Assembly: GCF_009914755.1 (NCBI RefSeq)
Contig: NC_060928.1
Direction: 5' to 3' (one strand)
Source: the human T2T-CHM13v2.0 reference genome, Homo sapiens
DNA: 64,000 bases
Numbering within the stretch: the first letter of the stretch is position 1; every line of letters starts with the position of its first letter. A model generated the notes under the pieces. It did no database searches. It saw nothing but the letters and a program-made list of their open reading frames with translations, and was not told where the DNA came from. Both the position numbers and the translations under genes were made by a program. Shown here piece by piece: positions 59,736 through 64,000 of this stretch.

Positions 59736-59853
59736 GGCCAGGTGCAGTGGCTCATGCCAGTGATCTCAGCATTTTGGGAAGCCGAGGTGGGAGAATCACT
59801 TGAGCCCAGGAGTTTAAGGCCAGCCTGGACAACACAGTGAAACCCTGCCTCTA

Positions 59854-59897
<44 letters not shown>

Positions 59898-60052
59898 TTA
59901 GCTGGGCATGGTGGTACACACCTGTAGTCCCAGCTACTTGGGAGGCTGAGGCAGAAGCATCACCTGACCCCAGGGAGGTCAAGGCTGCAGTGAGCCATGA
60001 TCACACCACTGCACTTCAGACTCCAGCCTGGGCAACAGAATGAGACCCCGTG
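59736..60052 (+). mobile_element. AluJ with (CA)n in its central linker
   Basis: Dimer; (AC)~19 at ~59857-59894. Confidence 0.92.
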
Positions 60053-60150
60053 AAAAAAAAGCAAGAAAGCAAGAAAGAAAACAAGAAAGCCAGAAAGAAT
60101 GCAAGAAAGCAAGAGAAAGGGAGAGAGAGAGAGAGAAGGAAAAGAAAGAG

Positions 60151-60197
<47 letters not shown>

Positions 60198-60341
60198 AAA
60201 AGAGAGAGAAAGAAAGAAAGAAAAAGAAAGAAAGAAAGAAAGAAAGAAAGAAAAGAAAGAAAGAAAGAAAGAGAAAGAAAAAAGAGACAGAGGGAGGGAG
60301 GGAGGAATGGAGGAAGGGAGGAAGGAAGGAAGGAAGAAAGA
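60053..60341 (+). repeat. Compound (GAAA)n/(GA)n/(GGAA)n STR derived from the Alu tail
   Basis: Direct reading. Confidence 0.95.
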
Positions 60342-60439
60342 CATGATTGATAGATGATTAAAGGTATAAAAATAGACAAGAAAATATCAGCAAGTGTTAA
60401 TTGCTTGTTATTAAGTCCTGTGAGAAGAGTTAACATAAG

Positions 60440-60750
60440 ATAATGTGACGGTGTTTAGATGACTGCTTTTGACTGAATAACTAGGGAAAGACTCTAAGGA
60501 GGTGATATTTCAATTGAAATTTGAAGTACAGGCAGGAAGATCTCGGGGATGAGCACCTCAAGAGAAAGAGCCACCGGGGATCTTAACATGACTTTGTGAA
60601 ACAGGATTGAAGGAGAGAGGGGAGAGATTGGCTTGGAGAGGGAGGCAGACACCAGGTCAACTATGGCCTTGCAAACCATACTCTTTGGATTTTATTTCAA
60701 TTACAATTACAAGGCACTAAAACATTTTAAGCATGAGGAAAGTGACATCA
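60440..60750 (-). mobile_element. L2 fragment
   Basis: agggaaagactctaaggaggtgatatttcaattga...ggccttgcaaacc...ttggattttatt. Confidence 0.55.
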
Positions 60751-60799
60751 CATACCCATCTATGCCATTGAGTGGTTGTAAAGAACAAACTAAGAATGT

Positions 60800-61225
60800 G
60801 CATTAATCAAAATTCCAGTGGGACATACTCAGGCCAGGTAATTTGAGGAGAATTATTTAAAGAGACTATTATGGGCAGGTTTTAAGGAACAAACCAGAGA
60901 TAGTTAATTACCCACTGGCTACTAATAGAGGGGAACCCATTACCCCTTAACCCTGAAGGGGTAAGATAGTTCAGTGGCTATCTAAACCCGAGGAAGTTGT
61001 TAGGTGGTGAATTCCAGCGGAAAAGGGCTGTAGACTGGAGGAAATGGGCATGGCCAACCTGCAGCTCTGTGAAAAGAAGGAGCCACAACTTCACTCTCTT
61101 CTGCTTCCCATTGGGCAAACCCAATCAGGAGCCAGAGGCAAAGTCCGTTGATCAAGATCCACACAGACAATGATAGATGAGGGTGGAGGATGGATCTGGT
61201 AGAACAGCAGAAAGGATCCAGCATA
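60800..61225 (-). mobile_element. Old ERVL LTR (3' LTR of the adjacent provirus)
   Basis: cccattgggcaaacccaatcaggagccagaggc...gggtggaggatggatctgg. Confidence 0.6.
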
Positions 61226-64000
61226 GCCTTGCTTCTTGACATCCACTCTCATCCTTTGCCTAGGTGACAACTTTGTGTTCCCAACCAGTTACCATATCTT
61301 CAAGGCCAGAACACTTGCAACCTAAAAATGTTAGCCATCAGCAGTGCTCTTCATAAAAGGAGTGGGAGGAAACATGGGGATAAGAAACAATGATCAGAGG
61401 CCATAGCTGTTAAAATCTCTGCTTCTGTAACTGGTTAGTATGTCTAAGTTGTTAACCACAGCATCTTTCTTCCAATGCCCATTTCATGTTTCCGTATTCT
61501 ATGAAAGTATCTTGGTTGAATGGATTTTTAACCTGATTGCCTGAGTCAAACTTTAGTCCTACAGGAGCTGAGCCATTTGGTGGTCCTATCTTTACTACAC
61601 TGCCACAATTTTCTATTGCCAAGGGCCGTGGGGTAATAAAGTCCTAAGTAGCCACAAACCCCACTGGGGTTCCATAAATAATCCTCCTCACCCCCACTGC
61701 ATATTTGTTTCTCCTTGGTAATCAGGATCAATCACCCAGCCAGTACATGCAATAAGCTCTTCTCTGTCTTTGCTTCATCAGCCTGAAATGGCCAGTGGGC
61801 AATCTCAGTTTCTAATTCAATGGAACTATTATTGTATTCCCTTAGGGATTCGTTTCTCCTTCTGTTACTATAAACCCACAGAATCCAAGATTGCATGGAT
61901 GGGAAGAAAACATTCCCCAAAACAAATATTTGGTATAATAAAGTCCATTCTCACCTCCAGCCCTTGAATCTTGGACATATGGTTTCCCAAGCATGGGAAA
62001 CCACTTGTTTAATGAATATGCTGCATCATATAAATAACACCTTGTCCTCACAAGATTTGTCTCCATATGGTTCCATAAATGAGTCTACATATGCCATTCC
62101 ACAGGAGACTTACCTGAATATCATGAATGGTGTCATATTTCAGGTACATATTGCTATAGGCAGATTGAATACTCAGTGACGGTGTAGACAAATCAGTCAT
62201 GGTGAAACTGAGCTCATATTGGTGAGACCATGCATAGCCTCCATTCCTGCCACCATGTTCATTTTGTATACCACCATTGACAAATCATACAAATGGCTAG
62301 GGAATTAGGCAGACTGACATCCCTAAGAGAGATCATCTTATCCATTTAATTATTCAAAGCACTCATTCACCACTTGGATGCCCTCTAATGGGCATTTACA
62401 TGGGATACAAATATCTTCCCACTCTGTGCCCATGCTGAGAGGCCCATCACAGACATCTCCCCAGACCTTGTCACCACTCTTCTTATTTTGTTCTTTCCAG
62501 TTCCTTAACCACTGGCCAATTCACCCTTTGTGCTATCTCCCCTTCCACATTAAATAGACACCCAAAAGACTGCCCAAAATTCTGCCTCCTGAGAACATTT
62601 TCTTTCCTCACTATCTTTCAGTGCCACCCATGTGGGGCTGTAATGCAGTAGCTATCCATTTCTCTTAGAGGTCCACATGCCATCCATCCATAAGCCAGGC
62701 CCATTCTTTCTTCTCCTTCAGCTGGTCATAGAGAATTCCCTCAACGAATTGGAGCAGTTGTCCAAGGGAAAAGCAAGAGAGTAGTAACAGCAGCTACCAT
62801 GGAAGTCTGAGCCACTCACTCACGCAGTTTATTTGTGCCTCCAGACCCTTCTTGGCCCTGTCTCATATATAACATTTTCATTTTACACTGGAATGATATG
62901 TGCATGTCTAAATTTATGACGCATATTTTATTATTTTCAAGTCAGGTGTTCAGTCTTTGACTCACCCAGCAGCAAACTAAAAGGTGTTTTTCAAGTCAAG
63001 AATAGTTGTCAGAAGAGGCCAAGTCTTATTCTAAACACCTGAGAGTCTCGCCCTGTAAGCCTGCCAGAAGCTCTCTATAACATCTCTGTCTGAAGCTAAT
63101 GTTTAGTGCCTTGAGTCTAACAGATCATAAGAGTGAAGCAGCCTAGACTTGCTGAAGAGCCTTTTGTGCTTTTCTTGGTGTGACCCTACTCAAAACTGGC
63201 AGCCTGACAGATTTTCCAGCAAATATTAGGAGCAGCATCCCCATATGTGGTATATGAAGCCTCCCAAATCCAAAGATGCTTACAAAATGCTGTGCCTCCT
63301 TCCTTGCAGTGAACCAGGCAAGATGCAGAAACTGATATCTCACTTTAGTAGGGATACCCCAAAGTACCCAAACAAGATGACTGGATACCTAATAACTTTG
63401 CCTATGTGGCAGGTCCTCTAGCACCCTCTAGCATTCATGTGTCTTACTTAAGGCATATAGGTTCTTGATAGTTCCTGCTCATACAGTCCAGTTGGCATAA
63501 TTTCATAAAAGTAATGGACTAGCATAAAGTTCTGTTCCCTCCAAAGCACATTATAAGAGAAATGGGTGAGTTGATGTAGATAGCCCTTAGGGAAGTCAGT
63601 AAAGTATCCTGCTATCCCTGCAACTTGAAAACAAACTGCTTCTTATTAACTTAGCTGATAGAGATGTCAAAAAGCATTTGCTAGATCAGTAACTACATAC
63701 GGGCCAAGGGCTATGTTTTATTTTGCTGTTTCAGTGAAGATACCACATCAACTGCAAGTGGCATTACCATCTTATATCTATGGTAATCTACAGTCATTGA
63801 CAAATGGTCCCCCCAAAATAATATATTAATAAAATTTTTCCCACTGTTATATGGACTCATTAGCCAAGGAATGAGAAGGTCGTTTGGTCAAATGAAAATA
63901 ACACCTGGCTAATTTTTTCTGAATGCTGGGCACTCTTGCTCAGAGAAGTGTTAATAACTTGTGGATTTCAGGGCTAGAGTGGGAATAAAGTAGTGTCCTA
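61226..64000 (-). mobile_element. Decayed ERVL internal region (RT/RNaseH/integrase/dUTPase)
   Basis: Minus-strand motifs: VIDPDYQGE dUTPase (~61709-61736), DLANAF (~63672-63689), MTVDY (~63784-63798). Confidence 0.75.

Noticed and set aside
59960-60436. Long K/E/R-rich and F/L/S-rich ORFs
   Set aside because: Translations of the (GAAA)n repeat

Overview
Primate (very probably human) intergenic, repeat-rich DNA. I find no intact protein-coding gene, RNA gene or CRISPR array. The only gene-derived sequence is a full-length HSP90AB1 processed pseudogene (16173-18739, 15-bp TSD). From memory it matches HSP90AB3P on 4q22.1 between MEPE and SPP1; that placement is recalled, not verified here. The pseudogene sits inside a 5'-truncated L1PA element that also hosts a MER11 LTR and a 217-bp inverted, templated duplication of the L1/MER11 junction. 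The 42-55 kb region is dense in ERV LTRs: a solo LTR7, MER4A1, MLT1, MER4D, a two-LTR HERV-H provirus (46274-52112), a 52-bp collapsed LTR and a MER41 with two intact GAS motifs. The window ends in an old minus-strand ERVL provirus. I see no evidence of a new gene system. The most interesting signals are repair/rearrangement scars and candidate LTR-derived regulatory elements. Repeat family names come from remembered consensus sequences and need RepeatMasker/Dfam confirmation.
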